This document shows positions 45,930 to 57,785 of a DNA stretch of 64,000 nt, in pieces. Source of the stretch: Gemmatimonadota bacterium (GTDB taxonomy: Bacteria; Latescibacterota; UBA2968; GCA-2709665); contig JAPPNU010000002.1 in NCBI GenBank assembly GCA_028873695.1, positions 13,728-77,727 of the forward strand, in the 5' to 3' direction. Position numbers and translations under genes: made by a program. The notes under the pieces were generated by a model. It ran no database searches. It worked only from the letters and a program-made list of their open reading frames with translations, and was not told the origin of the DNA. The first letter of the stretch is position 1. Every line of letters begins with the position of its first letter.

Positions 45930-46805
45930 TCAGACGATCCAGGTCTTTTCGCCGTCCGAATCCAGCCGGGGAAAGTCATTACCGGTATGGACGCCCGGTC
46001 CGTAGAGAACGGCCCTTTGTTCGGGGCTGAGGTCCCGGACCCAGTCTCCCCAGCGGGCCTCCGGCGTAAAATGACGCCCCGTTGCGCGGGCGGCGGCTCG
46101 AGAAGCGTATTTGTAGAGTACGGATCGTCGTTCGTGTTCGCCCGTCCAGGGCAGGGTGCCGTGCGTGGCGGATTCGGCGAAAAACAGGACGTCGCCCGCG
46201 TCCATAACAGGCTGCACAATCAGGTCCACGTGGTCTTCGACGGACCGGACGCCCGCCGGGGTGGGTTCGCGTGTCTTGTGGCTTCCTGGTACGATACAGA
46301 AGCCGCCGTCGCCTTCGTTGACATCCGTCAATTGCCAGGCTACCGTGACGCCCCTGCAGTACATCCTGCCGTTCTGCTGGTGGTACCACACGGAAGGACT
46401 GAAAGGTTCGCCCGCGCCGTGCAACCGGTGGCCTTCGGCCCCGGCATCGGCGCCAATTAACAGGGGGCCATGGTCCAGCCGGAAGCCCTTTCCGGACATT
46501 TCATTCAAACGCGAGACCACAACGGGATGGACAAGCAGCCGGCGAAATGGCTCCCTGTAGGTCGCCGGCCAGCCCAGCATCCCCGTGAGTTCCTTTCGTC
46601 CCTGCGCGCCTTGCAGGGCGGATGACCCGCCGGCGAGGCTGGCGGCATCGACGGAGCGTGTGGAGACGCGTTCCGTGAAGTGATCGATGGCGGCATTGCA
46701 TTCGGCGACCTCGTCGGACGTGAGCGCGTTGCGTACGACCAGGTATCCGCGCAGGTCGAAGAAGTATCGTTCTTCAGCTGACATTTCATATTTTCTCGCG
46801 CCCAT
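45930..46805 (-). CDS. PhyH-like Fe(II)/2OG enzyme (HGA variant)
   Basis: YFFDLRGYL, LHGAG, DGGFCIVPGSHK, FFAESATHG, RRSVLYKY. Confidence 0.88.
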   Translation of the reverse strand: MGARKYEMSAEERYFFDLRGYLVVRNALTSDEVAECNAAIDHFTERVSTRSVDAASLAGGSSALQGAQGRKELTGMLGWPATYREPFRRLLVHPVVVSRLNEMSGKGFRLDHGPLLIGADAGAEGHRLHGAGEPFSPSVWYHQQNGRMYCRGVTVAWQLTDVNEGDGGFCIVPGSHKTREPTPAGVRSVEDHVDLIVQPVMDAGDVLFFAESATHGTLPWTGEHERRSVLYKYASRAAARATGRHFTPEARWGDWVRDLSPEQRAVLYGPGVHTGNDFPRLDSDGEKTWIV

Positions 46806-46843
46806 CGTGCCTCCTGAAACAACGAATAACGGTCGTTCGTCAC

Positions 46844-47839
46844 CTACGAAGCGCTGGGTTCCGGCCCCCGCCGGCGCGTCTCCCGCTCCGCCTTCCAGTC
46901 CGCCATCACTTCGGCGGTCCGGCGCAGAAGTTGCTCATCCTTTTCAGTTCGGATCTGGTGCGGGTTGTTGCCCGTCCAGTTGTAATAGCCATTCCCCGAT
47001 TCCAGGCCCGTTGCGCCAGTGGCGACCAGCTTCTGAAGATATGCGAGCGGCTGCTCCCACCCGCCGAGGGTCTTCCACAGGTGGGAGGCGACGCGGACGT
47101 GCATGGACAGGCCGTTGATGTCGCGTTGCTCCAGCGGACCCGCGGTGGTGAATCTGGGCGCCAGTCCCAGCCGGAAGGCAGCGTCGATGTCCTCTGCTGA
47201 AGCGACACCGGACGCCAGAAGATCGACGGCCTCTCGGATGAGGGCATGCTGAAGTCGGTTGACGAGGAATCCGGGTACGTCTTTGTTTACACGAAGTGGA
47301 AAACAGCCCAGCCGCTGCCAGATTCCGGTGACACGGTCCATCGTCTCGTTCGAGGTCTGTCGGCCGCGGACGATTTCGGCTACGGGGACGACGTGGGCCG
47401 GCTGGACGAAATGAGAGCCGGCAATGCGATCCATGTGCCGGGCTTTTTCCGCGAGCCTGGTAATGGGCAGTCCGGACGTATTGCTGACAAGGGGCGCATC
47501 TCTTGTCGCGAGGGCGTCCAGGCGATGGAAGAGCGCCTGTTTGGACGCCAGGTCTTCCGTGATGGATTCCACGACAAAGACGGATTCGCCCACAGCGGCC
47601 TCCAGGTCCGTCGTGGTGTGGATGCGTTTGAGAACGGTGTCTGGAGATTCACCTCGAAGCCGGTTGTGCCGCCCGAGATCCCGTGCGTACCGTTCAAGAT
47701 TTCTTCGGGCATTGGCCAGGCTTTCCGGCCGGCGGCTGATCAGCCAGGTTTCCCGGCTTCCGAGCGCCAGAACCAAAGCGATCTGACCGCCCATAAGACC
47801 GGCGCCGACAACGGTGGACTTGCCCAGGAAAAGGTCCAT
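46844..47839 (-). CDS. 3-hydroxyacyl-CoA dehydrogenase family protein
   Basis: GAGLMG, VVESITEDL..K, SNTSG, GSHF..P, PGFLVNRLQ. Confidence 0.9.
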   Translation of the reverse strand: MDLFLGKSTVVGAGLMGGQIALVLALGSRETWLISRRPESLANARRNLERYARDLGRHNRLRGESPDTVLKRIHTTTDLEAAVGESVFVVESITEDLASKQALFHRLDALATRDAPLVSNTSGLPITRLAEKARHMDRIAGSHFVQPAHVVPVAEIVRGRQTSNETMDRVTGIWQRLGCFPLRVNKDVPGFLVNRLQHALIREAVDLLASGVASAEDIDAAFRLGLAPRFTTAGPLEQRDINGLSMHVRVASHLWKTLGGWEQPLAYLQKLVATGATGLESGNGYYNWTGNNPHQIRTEKDEQLLRRTAEVMADWKAERETRRRGPEPSAS

Positions 47840-47933
47840 ATATTGGAATCAAGATTGAAGGTGGGCTGGAGTTTCAGGGAACATTTTTAAGCGACGCCCC
47901 GGCAGACGCATCATGGCGTACCTCCCGCCGCGG

Positions 47934-49229
47934 CTACAGATCGACGCGAACCCGCTGGAGGGCTGTTTCAGCGACCTCCAGCGTCCGGTCGATATCCTCT
48001 TCGGTGTGGACCAGCGAGAAATAGAGCTTGCCGCCAGGATTGAAGAAGATGCCCCGTTTTATCATTTCGATGCCGAACTGTCTGGCGGCGCCGGCGTCGG
48101 CCTTGAGCGTGTCGGCGTAGTTTCGGATTTCGACGTCCGTGAAATAGGGCTGCAACACCGGACCTTCACCCAGGACCTGGAGCGGCAGTCCCATCTTTGC
48201 GCCAAGCGCTTCCAGGCCGTGTCCGAGGCGGGCGGGGACGTCGTAGAGCCTCTTATAGACGCCCTCGGTTTCCAGTACGTCCAACGTTGCCAGTCCGGCG
48301 GCGGCGCTGACGGGATTGCCATTCGTCGTGCCGCTCACGAAGGTGTACGGCGCACTTCCCTTGCGGCGGGGGTCGGCGCACGCGAGAACATCCGCGCGCC
48401 CGCACACTGCGGCCATGGGGTAACCGCCGCTGATTGTCTTTCCATAGACGGCAACGTCGGGAACAACGCCGTAGCGCTCCTGTGCGCCGCCCCAGGCGAT
48501 GCGGAAGCCGGTAACGACTTCATCGAAAACGAGGATGACGCCGTGATCGATTGAGGCCTGGCGGACGGCCTCAAGGAAGCCCGGTTCGGGCCGAAGGGTG
48601 CGCTGTAAGGGTTCAACGATAACGGCCGCGAGGTCGTCCGCATAGGATTCGATCAGCTCTACGGCGGCGTCGGCCTTGTTGAAGGGGGCAACCAGAACCG
48701 ACCGACCGACGGCTTTCGGTATTCCCTGGGAGTCCGGGACAGCCACGGGTCCGTCCGTGGGACCTGGGGGTGTCGTGCTTTGCTGGGCGTAATCGTGCGC
48801 GCCGTGCCAGCCGCCCTCGAATTTGAGGATCTTTTCCCGGCCCGTGAATGCCCGCGCCATTCGCAGGGCCGAGAACGTGCCCTCGGTGCCCGATGACGTG
48901 AAGCGGATGGACTCCCCGCAGGGCGAGGCTTCGACAATGCGCCCGGCCAGGTGGATGACGGGCTCATTGAGGGCATAGAAGGTTGAACCCAGCGCAACCT
49001 GGCGCTGAACGGCCTCGACAACCGCGGGATGGGCGTGACCCAGAATGAGCGGTCCGGAACCGAGGATGTAGTCTACGTATTCCCCGCCGTCGGTGTCGTA
49101 GATCCGGCAGCCGTTTCCACGCCGGATCACGGTTGCGACTTCGTCCGGCATCCGAAAGCTGCCGAGACAGCCGCCTGCAAGGTACCGGTCGGCCTTTTCG
49201 AGCAGATCGCGCATCGGCTGGTGTTCCAT
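47934..49229 (-). CDS. Class III aminotransferase (GSA-aminomutase-like)
   Basis: GPLILGH, SSGTEG, GGWHG, FDEVVTGFR, YGKTISGG, SGTTNGNP. Confidence 0.9.
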   Translation of the reverse strand: MEHQPMRDLLEKADRYLAGGCLGSFRMPDEVATVIRRGNGCRIYDTDGGEYVDYILGSGPLILGHAHPAVVEAVQRQVALGSTFYALNEPVIHLAGRIVEASPCGESIRFTSSGTEGTFSALRMARAFTGREKILKFEGGWHGAHDYAQQSTTPPGPTDGPVAVPDSQGIPKAVGRSVLVAPFNKADAAVELIESYADDLAAVIVEPLQRTLRPEPGFLEAVRQASIDHGVILVFDEVVTGFRIAWGGAQERYGVVPDVAVYGKTISGGYPMAAVCGRADVLACADPRRKGSAPYTFVSGTTNGNPVSAAAGLATLDVLETEGVYKRLYDVPARLGHGLEALGAKMGLPLQVLGEGPVLQPYFTDVEIRNYADTLKADAGAARQFGIEMIKRGIFFNPGGKLYFSLVHTEEDIDRTLEVAETALQRVRVDL

Positions 49230-49335
49230 GGAAGGTTCCCTGAGAATCCGGGATCGGGATCGTTCCTGCGTCTGACGAAGCCATAAGATATCCTCGTGGA
49301 CGCATTCTGTCACGCCTTTTTGCAGTGCGATCGCA

Positions 49336-49464
49336 GGAAGTTGTTTTGAAATTACCCGTGAGTTCCCGAGCGCGAGCGAAAAAGCGGCGGTTATGAGGCG
49401 CGAGGGGCGCGCAGCGCCGACGGAAAAATCGCCCATATCTGTCTTTACGGGTGGGTCTGACCAA
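49336..49464. repeat. Partial second copy of the 32396 MITE-like element
   Basis: GGAAGTTGTTTTGAAATTACCCGTGAGTTCCCGAGCGCGAGCGAAAAAGCGGCGGT closely matches 32396-32451; no clear right TIR. Confidence 0.7.
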
Positions 49465-49574
49465 TGGCCGCCCGAATATCGGTGCGGGCGGAGACACCGA
49501 GCAGCACATGCAGTGCGGGCGGTGCCGGAGTTTGGTGTAAATCGTTCCGGAAAACAACACAGTCGGAGGTCGCA

Positions 49575-50939
49575 ATGGTCGAACGCGTAACCGGGAAGCC
49601 GAACGTCGTGGTGTTCTATACCGATCAACAGCGGTGGGATACCACCGGCGTTCACGGGAATCCGCTGGGCCTGACGTCCAATTTCGATCGGATGGCGCAA
49701 CGGGGCACCCATGTTTTCAATTCATTCACGTGCCAACCCGTTTGCGGGCCCGCGCGTTCCTGTCTGCAGACAGGGTTGTACGCGACGACAACGGGTTGCT
49801 TTCGCAACGGAATCCCTCTTCCACCGGACAGCCGGACCCTCGCCCACCATTTCAGAGACGCGGGTTACCGCACGGCGTACATAGGCAAATGGCATTTGCA
49901 CGGAAGGGGAACGACGGGTCCGGTGCCGCCGGAGGGTCGCGGAGGTTATGAATATTGGCTGGCGTCAAACGTACTCGAATTCACGTCCGAGGCCTATCGG
50001 ACGGTCCTGTACGACAACCAGGGAGAACCCGTGGATCTGCCGGGATACAGGGTCGATGCCGTGACGGATGCGGCGATCCGGTATATCCACGCGAACCGTG
50101 AACGTCCTTTCTTTCTGTTCATCTCCTATATTGAGCCGCACCACCAGAACCATATCGACGACTATCCGGCGCCGGACGGGTACCGCGAGCGGTATGACGG
50201 ACGATGGATACCGCCCGATCTGGCCGCCCTCGGGGGTTCCGCCCATCGCCATCTGGGCGGGTACTACGGGATGGTAAAACGGTTGGATGAGGCCCTGGGA
50301 AGGATGCTGGACGCGCTGAGAAGTACGGGTCTCTCGGAACGAACCGTTGTCTTGTTTACGTCGGATCACGGTTGCCACTTCAAGACCCGTAATGCCGAAT
50401 ACAAGCGGTCCTGCCACGAGAGTTCGATTCGTGTGCCAACGGCTCTTCAGGGACCGGGGTTCGACGGCGGGGGGCGCGTTGAGGAACTGGTAAACACGGT
50501 GGACCTGACGCCCACGTTACTGGATGCGGCCGGGATACCGGTACCGGATGCAATACAGGGCCGGTCGATCCTGCCGCTGACGGTCGGAAACAGGGACGGA
50601 TGGCCTGAGGAAACGTTCGTGCAGGTCAGCGAAGCTCAGGTGGGGAGGGCCGTGCGCACACATCGGTGGAAATACGGTGTAGACGCACCGGAAAGCCATG
50701 GCGTGAACAGCGCCGGGTCGGACCGTTACGTGGAGCAATACCTGTACGATCTGGAGGCGGATCCGCACGAGTTGTGCAACCTGATCGGTTTGACTTCGCA
50801 TCAGGATGTGGCGCGGATCATGAGACAGCGGCTGGTCCGGCGGATGGTTGAGGCCGGCGAGGATGCGCCGGAAATCCAGCCGGCGGAAACCAGGGAAGGC
50901 GGTCAGCGAAGGGTATCGCCGATTGAAGCACGCAGCTGA
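49575..50939 (+). CDS. Cys-type sulfatase
   Basis: PNVVVFYTDQQR, CGPAR, GKWHL, SDHG; GGAGG RBS. Confidence 0.92.
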   Translation: MVERVTGKPNVVVFYTDQQRWDTTGVHGNPLGLTSNFDRMAQRGTHVFNSFTCQPVCGPARSCLQTGLYATTTGCFRNGIPLPPDSRTLAHHFRDAGYRTAYIGKWHLHGRGTTGPVPPEGRGGYEYWLASNVLEFTSEAYRTVLYDNQGEPVDLPGYRVDAVTDAAIRYIHANRERPFFLFISYIEPHHQNHIDDYPAPDGYRERYDGRWIPPDLAALGGSAHRHLGGYYGMVKRLDEALGRMLDALRSTGLSERTVVLFTSDHGCHFKTRNAEYKRSCHESSIRVPTALQGPGFDGGGRVEELVNTVDLTPTLLDAAGIPVPDAIQGRSILPLTVGNRDGWPEETFVQVSEAQVGRAVRTHRWKYGVDAPESHGVNSAGSDRYVEQYLYDLEADPHELCNLIGLTSHQDVARIMRQRLVRRMVEAGEDAPEIQPAETREGGQRRVSPIEARS

Positions 50940-51068
50940 TCCGGTCGAGCCTGATACACGTGATGAATCCGTGAATGACGCAGCCGAACAGGCCCAATCG
51001 CTCGGCGGTACGGGAACCGGATCCGTTTCCCTCATGGGCGAAGATCCGGGAAATCATCCCCGGCGAAA

Positions 51069-52966
<1,898 letters not shown>

Positions 52967-52978
52967 ATCTCAACTTAG

Positions 52979-53007
52979 AAGATAAAGGCGAGCAAACGAT
53001 CTGTCAA
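52979..53007 (-). promoter_or_regulatory. Sigma70 promoter of thiC
   Basis: TTGACA-17 nt-TATCTT; the -35 contains the TGA stop of the upstream transglutaminase gene. Confidence 0.65.
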
Positions 53008-53912
53008 GGGCAGAATTGAAGATCGGTCAGAGGACGCATCCTGACGTCGACTTCGAGCCGCGTCTCGCCGCCGCCCTGCCGGACGCCGCGGGTGGGAGAT
53101 ACGTCGAGGTAGTCGCGTCCGGTAGCAATCCGGACGTGTCGATCGTCGGCAGGGCTCCGGTTGGTAGGATCAAAACCCACCCACCCGAGTTCCGGCAGCA
53201 GGCATTCCACCCAGGCGTGGCTGGCATTGCTCCATGCCTGTCCGTCGGGAGAACCGGAGACGTAAAGATAGCCCGAGACATAGCGTGCCGGAACGCCCCA
53301 GGTACGGGCGATCGCGATCATGACGTGGGCGTAGTCCTGGCAGACGCCCTGGCCAGATCTCAGAATTTCTTCAATTGGAGAAACGGCCGACGTGCTTCCC
53401 GGCGTATATTGAAACACGCTGTGCAGTTTGTCTGCAAGCTGGATCAGGTCGCTGAGCGGGTCGTTCCCGCGCGCAATGCCGTTCTTTCGGGTGAAATCGG
53501 CCAGCGCGGGCGAAGGATAAGCCATTGCGCTGGGATGCGAATAGTCCCAATGCAGAAAAGCCTCCCGCCAGGCGTCGATCTCCTTCCATGCATCGGCTCC
53601 GAGATCGGATGGAAGCGGCCCGGAGGAAGCCGGGATTACGGTGGATCGAGCCGTAATTTCCAGGGATTCGTGCTCCGGGTGCACGCTGAGGACGTGCCGC
53701 GTGTTGCCGAAGGGATCTGTTTCAGAACTCAGGGAGCCCGGCGGCCGGGTCTCGATTTCGAAACGAACGAGATGCTGATCGGCATTCTCGAGCGGCTTCA
53801 GGCAAAGCAGCATGACGCACTCGCGCGCGGGCGATGCGTACTCATAGCGCGAGACGTGCCTGATTTCGTATTGAATCGTTCCGGCCAAGGTATCTGCACA
53901 CCCGGAAGTCAA
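53004..53912 (-). CDS. Transglutaminase-like protein with Bact_transglu_N domain
   Basis: YEIRHVSRYEY, DPFGN, GVCQDYAH, ARYVSGY, SHAWVE, GFDPTN, GRDY.DV.P. Confidence 0.93.
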   Translation of the reverse strand: MTSGCADTLAGTIQYEIRHVSRYEYASPARECVMLLCLKPLENADQHLVRFEIETRPPGSLSSETDPFGNTRHVLSVHPEHESLEITARSTVIPASSGPLPSDLGADAWKEIDAWREAFLHWDYSHPSAMAYPSPALADFTRKNGIARGNDPLSDLIQLADKLHSVFQYTPGSTSAVSPIEEILRSGQGVCQDYAHVMIAIARTWGVPARYVSGYLYVSGSPDGQAWSNASHAWVECLLPELGWVGFDPTNRSPADDRHVRIATGRDYLDVSPTRGVRQGGGETRLEVDVRMRPLTDLQFCP

Positions 53913-54892
53913 TAGGCGGCGGCGTAGTCAATATATGAGGCGGTAACGAGATCGTGAAGATTCCGGCAGTAATCGGCCAGGTCTCCAAGAAGGGCCTCAC
54001 GGTCGTCGCGATCGGGCCAATCGTAATGGATCAGCGCGCACATGCGTCCGGCCAGCCGCAGGGCGACTGCACTGGATTGGGCATCGGACCCGGTTCCGAT
54101 GGCATTCAGTTCCGAGGCCACCGCGTCGAGCGAATAGCATAGAGAGCCGTGCAGCAGTGGATCGGTAACGAGAAGGTCGAGAACCCGACGCGGCTGAACG
54201 TCGACGCTGTAGTTGCGCCCGTACGCGTCATACGCCTGGCAGACCTGCAGGAGGTTCGTCCAGTCCGCGTCGGAAGACTCGTCCATAAGTTCGTCCATCG
54301 AGAGTTGCGATAGAAACAACGAAGCCGAACATTGGGCGCGTTCGATATGCCTTCCGAGCCGCAGAAAATGCCACCCTTCGTCACGGTACATCGTTGCTTC
54401 CGCCACACCGGCAAACGTGTTGATATCGCCTGCCGTTTCAGCATAGAAGTTCTCGGGTGACGGCTTCCAGATGTCCCGAATGCTCAGTTGCCTGAGCCGA
54501 AGGTACGCGAGGTTAAGACAGGTCCACATTTCCCCGCTGATGCAGTGGCGCATCTGCCGGGCATTCTCGCGGCCGAGCGAGAAACAGTTCCAGACGGAGT
54601 CGGGATTCGAGCGTTCGAACGTCAGATCGTCGGCAAGCGTAAAGGAATCGGCCAGCGTGAAGTCGTCGTTCCCGACCATCGCTATACTGCCGCCGGGCGG
54701 ACGACGGTTCAGGCTCATGTAGATTCGACTCCATCCGAAATAAATCTCCCGGATCGGCCGGTCCACCAGCGCTTCCACCTGGAATCGCAGCAGTCGACAG
54801 AGATGCTCCGCACGCTCCAGATAGCGGCCCATCCAGTAGAGTCCCTGGGCGCTGCGCGCAAGCAATCTGGGATTTCCGGGAATCGCCGCCAT
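53909..54892 (-). CDS. Alpha-E domain protein (DUF403)
   Basis: LYWMGRYLERAE, RENARQMR, EGWHFLRLGRHIERA. Confidence 0.92.
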   Translation of the reverse strand: MAAIPGNPRLLARSAQGLYWMGRYLERAEHLCRLLRFQVEALVDRPIREIYFGWSRIYMSLNRRPPGGSIAMVGNDDFTLADSFTLADDLTFERSNPDSVWNCFSLGRENARQMRHCISGEMWTCLNLAYLRLRQLSIRDIWKPSPENFYAETAGDINTFAGVAEATMYRDEGWHFLRLGRHIERAQCSASLFLSQLSMDELMDESSDADWTNLLQVCQAYDAYGRNYSVDVQPRRVLDLLVTDPLLHGSLCYSLDAVASELNAIGTGSDAQSSAVALRLAGRMCALIHYDWPDRDDREALLGDLADYCRNLHDLVTASYIDYAAAY

Positions 54893-56277
54893 CAATCCTC
54901 ATCTGCTTCTTCAGGGTTGAGCACAAATTCGGGATAGGCCTCGATTCCCAGTTCGCCGACGTCCTGGCCCAACCGCTCGACTTTGTCGGATACGCGGACC
55001 TGGATGGTCGCTGCGAACACCCGCCAGACCACCCACGAAATCGAGAATACGAAGACGCCGACCGCGACGCAACCCAGCAACTGAACGCCGAAATTGCCGC
55101 CCGCGGCGATGCAGACCGCCAGTGTACCCCAAACGCCGGCGAAGAGGTGCGCGGGTACCGCGCCGACGACGTCGTCGATCTTCAACTTCTCCAGCAGCCG
55201 GATTCCGGCCGTGCAAAGGACAGCACCCACGCCGCCGATAACGACTGCCCAATAGTGCTGGACGATGTCAGGACCGGCCGTGATCGACACCAGCCCGGCT
55301 ATAGCGCCGTTAAGACTGGCGAACAGGTCCATTCTTCCAAGGATCGGCTTGGAGACGACGAGAGCCATCACCACCCCGGCCGCCGCAGCAAGATTCGTGT
55401 TTACCAGCACGTGGCTCATGGCCACCGCGTCGGCTGCGCTCCCCAACGCGAGCTGGGACCCGCCGTTGAAGCCCAGCCAACCAAACCACAGAATGAACAC
55501 GCCCAGCGTCACCGCCACGATATTGGACGGCGGCGTATTCTTCACACTGCCGTCCTTTCGATACTTGCCCAACCGCGGTCCGACGACGAGGATCCCGGCA
55601 AGCGCGGCCCAGCCACCGGTACTGTGGACGATGGTCGAACCCGCGAAGTCCTTGAAACCCATTGCGCTCAACCAACCGCCGCCCCAGGTCCATGCGCCAA
55701 TCACAGGGTAGATGACAGCCGTCAGGAGCAGCGTAAACAGAAAGAAGGACAGCATTTTGACCCGTTCGGCCAATGCGCCGGACACAATCGAGGCGGCCGT
55801 CGCCACGAAGACCATCTGGAAGAACCAGTCGGACATGGTGGAATATTTGTTCGCGATGACCTTGGCCTTTGCCGACTCCTGCCCGGCGACCAGAGCAAGG
55901 TCTGCGGCGGACGGCCCGTAGAGAAGTTTAAATGAGCCGATGAATTTCCCAACTTCCGTGTACATCAGATTGTAGCCGATGAAGTAATAGGCGAGGCCGG
56001 CTATCGAGTACAGGCCGATGTTCTTCATGCAGATCATCGATGCGTTCTTGGTGCGCACCGAACCCGACTCGAGCATTGTGAATCCGGCGCACATCCACAT
56101 GATCAGCGCGCCCCAGATCAGAAACGCGAAGGTGTTGAAGACGAACATCGTCTCCTGGTCAACCGCCGCGTACGCGGCCGTGGTCCCGCAAAGCAGACAA
56201 CCAAGCAACAGTAGAGCGATCCTCAAGCGAGAACCGCCGGCGCGCTTGTAGAACGGCAATTTCGTGGAGCCTTTCAT
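54892..56277 (-). CDS. amt: Ammonium transporter (Amt)
   Basis: AGFTMLESGSVRTKN, FFQMVF, DFAGSTIVH, LWFGWLGFNGGS, DDVVGAVPAH (both pore His present). Confidence 0.96.
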   Translation of the reverse strand: MKGSTKLPFYKRAGGSRLRIALLLLGCLLCGTTAAYAAVDQETMFVFNTFAFLIWGALIMWMCAGFTMLESGSVRTKNASMICMKNIGLYSIAGLAYYFIGYNLMYTEVGKFIGSFKLLYGPSAADLALVAGQESAKAKVIANKYSTMSDWFFQMVFVATAASIVSGALAERVKMLSFFLFTLLLTAVIYPVIGAWTWGGGWLSAMGFKDFAGSTIVHSTGGWAALAGILVVGPRLGKYRKDGSVKNTPPSNIVAVTLGVFILWFGWLGFNGGSQLALGSAADAVAMSHVLVNTNLAAAAGVVMALVVSKPILGRMDLFASLNGAIAGLVSITAGPDIVQHYWAVVIGGVGAVLCTAGIRLLEKLKIDDVVGAVPAHLFAGVWGTLAVCIAAGGNFGVQLLGCVAVGVFVFSISWVVWRVFAATIQVRVSDKVERLGQDVGELGIEAYPEFVLNPEEADED

Positions 56278-56351
56278 ACCCTCTCCTTTCGTGGTTGTTC
56301 GACGTCTGTGAAACGCGTTACCTTCTCGACAGACGGGTCCAGTGCGACTGC

Positions 56352-57785
56352 TCAGTCTCCAAGGACCCAGAGGTCTTTGCCGCCGCCGCCCTGACTCGAA
56401 TTGACGACGATGCTGCCTCGGCGCAATGCAACACGACAGAACGCCCCCGGCACCATCCGGGTCTTCCGCCCGTGCAGCACAAAGGGACGCAGGTCGACGT
56501 GCCGCGGTTCGAACCGGTCGTCGATAAGACACGGCGCCCGGGACAGCGGCAGGACCGGCTGCGATATGAAGTCAGCCGGGTTGGCGCGCAATTGAACGGC
56601 GTATTCCTCCCGCTCGGCCGGCGTGGCGTGAGGGCCGACCAGCATTCCGTAACCGCCGGACTCACCGACCCGCTTTACAATCAGGTTCTCGAGATTATCG
56701 AGTGTGTACTCGAGGTGTTCCGGTCTGCGGCAGAGGTAGGTCTCGACGCTGGCCAGAAGGGGCTCTTCGCCAAGGTAGTAGCGGATGATATCGGGTACGT
56801 AGGCATAGACGCTCTTGTCATCGGCCACGCCCGTACCGGGCGCGTTCACGAGTGTCACGTTGCCGAGTCTGTAGGCGTGCATCAGTCCCGGCACGCCGAG
56901 AAGCGAATCCGCGCGAAAGACGAGGGGGTCGATAAAGTCGTCGTCGACACGCCTGTAGACAACGTCGACGCGGCGAAGGCCGGTGGTGGTGCGCATGTAG
57001 ACAATGCCCTCGTTCACGAGGAGGTCCCGACCCTCTACAAGCGCGGCGCCGATCTCACGAGCCAGGAACATGTGCTCGTAGAAAGCCGAATTGTACACGC
57101 CGGGCGTCAGGAGCACGATGCAAGGATCGGACCGGCCGCCGGGGGCAAGTTCTACAAGGGTTTGGCGCAACATCCTTCCGTAGTGTTCCACGTCCTGTAC
57201 CCGCGAGTGCCTGTAGAGGCGCCGAAGACCTGCCTTTACCGCCTTGCGGTTCGCCACCATATACGATACACCCGAGGGGACGCGCAGGTTGTCTTCCAGG
57301 ACGAGAAAGCCGTCGTTGGTTCGCACGAGGTCGGTCCCGCAGATGGATACCCACGCGCCATGCGGCGGGGAGGCGCCGCGCATTTCCACCCGGTACTGCG
57401 GACAGGTTTTCACCATGTCCGCCGGGATCACGCCGTCCGCGATGATGCGTTCCTCGTTGTAGATGTCCTGGAGAAACCGGTTGAGGGCATTGAGCCGTTG
57501 CGTGAGGCCCCTGACGAGTTCAGCCCACTCAGCGCCGGATAATACCCTTGGCAGGCAGTCGACGGGAATAATGCGTTCAGTGGCCTCCTCATCGCCGTAG
57601 ACGGTAAAGGTGATGCCCTCATTCGAAAACGAACGTGTCACGCGTTCCTGGATGCTTGAAAGTTCGTCGTTTGAGAGTTCGCCCAGCGCTTCGAATAGCG
57701 GTCGGAAATGTTCCCTGGGTGTCCCGTCCGGAAGGAACATCTCGTCGTAGTAAGTCGGATCGAGGGGGTAGGCTTCGAATTCCAT
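56352..57785 (-). CDS. Circularly permuted type 2 ATP-grasp protein
   Basis: YDEMF, GITFTVYG, VLEDNLRVPSGVSY, NSAFYEH, YRRVDDDFIDP, GVADDK, VVNSSQGGGGKD. Confidence 0.95.
   Translation of the reverse strand: MEFEAYPLDPTYYDEMFLPDGTPREHFRPLFEALGELSNDELSSIQERVTRSFSNEGITFTVYGDEEATERIIPVDCLPRVLSGAEWAELVRGLTQRLNALNRFLQDIYNEERIIADGVIPADMVKTCPQYRVEMRGASPPHGAWVSICGTDLVRTNDGFLVLEDNLRVPSGVSYMVANRKAVKAGLRRLYRHSRVQDVEHYGRMLRQTLVELAPGGRSDPCIVLLTPGVYNSAFYEHMFLAREIGAALVEGRDLLVNEGIVYMRTTTGLRRVDVVYRRVDDDFIDPLVFRADSLLGVPGLMHAYRLGNVTLVNAPGTGVADDKSVYAYVPDIIRYYLGEEPLLASVETYLCRRPEHLEYTLDNLENLIVKRVGESGGYGMLVGPHATPAEREEYAVQLRANPADFISQPVLPLSRAPCLIDDRFEPRHVDLRPFVLHGRKTRMVPGAFCRVALRRGSIVVNSSQGGGGKDLWVLGD

Noticed and set aside
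47934-49712. 592-aa N-terminally extended aminotransferase, and the hemL label for either class III enzyme
   Set aside because: The extension crosses the repeat element and the divergent sulfatase start. There is no tetrapyrrole context, so no gene symbol was assigned
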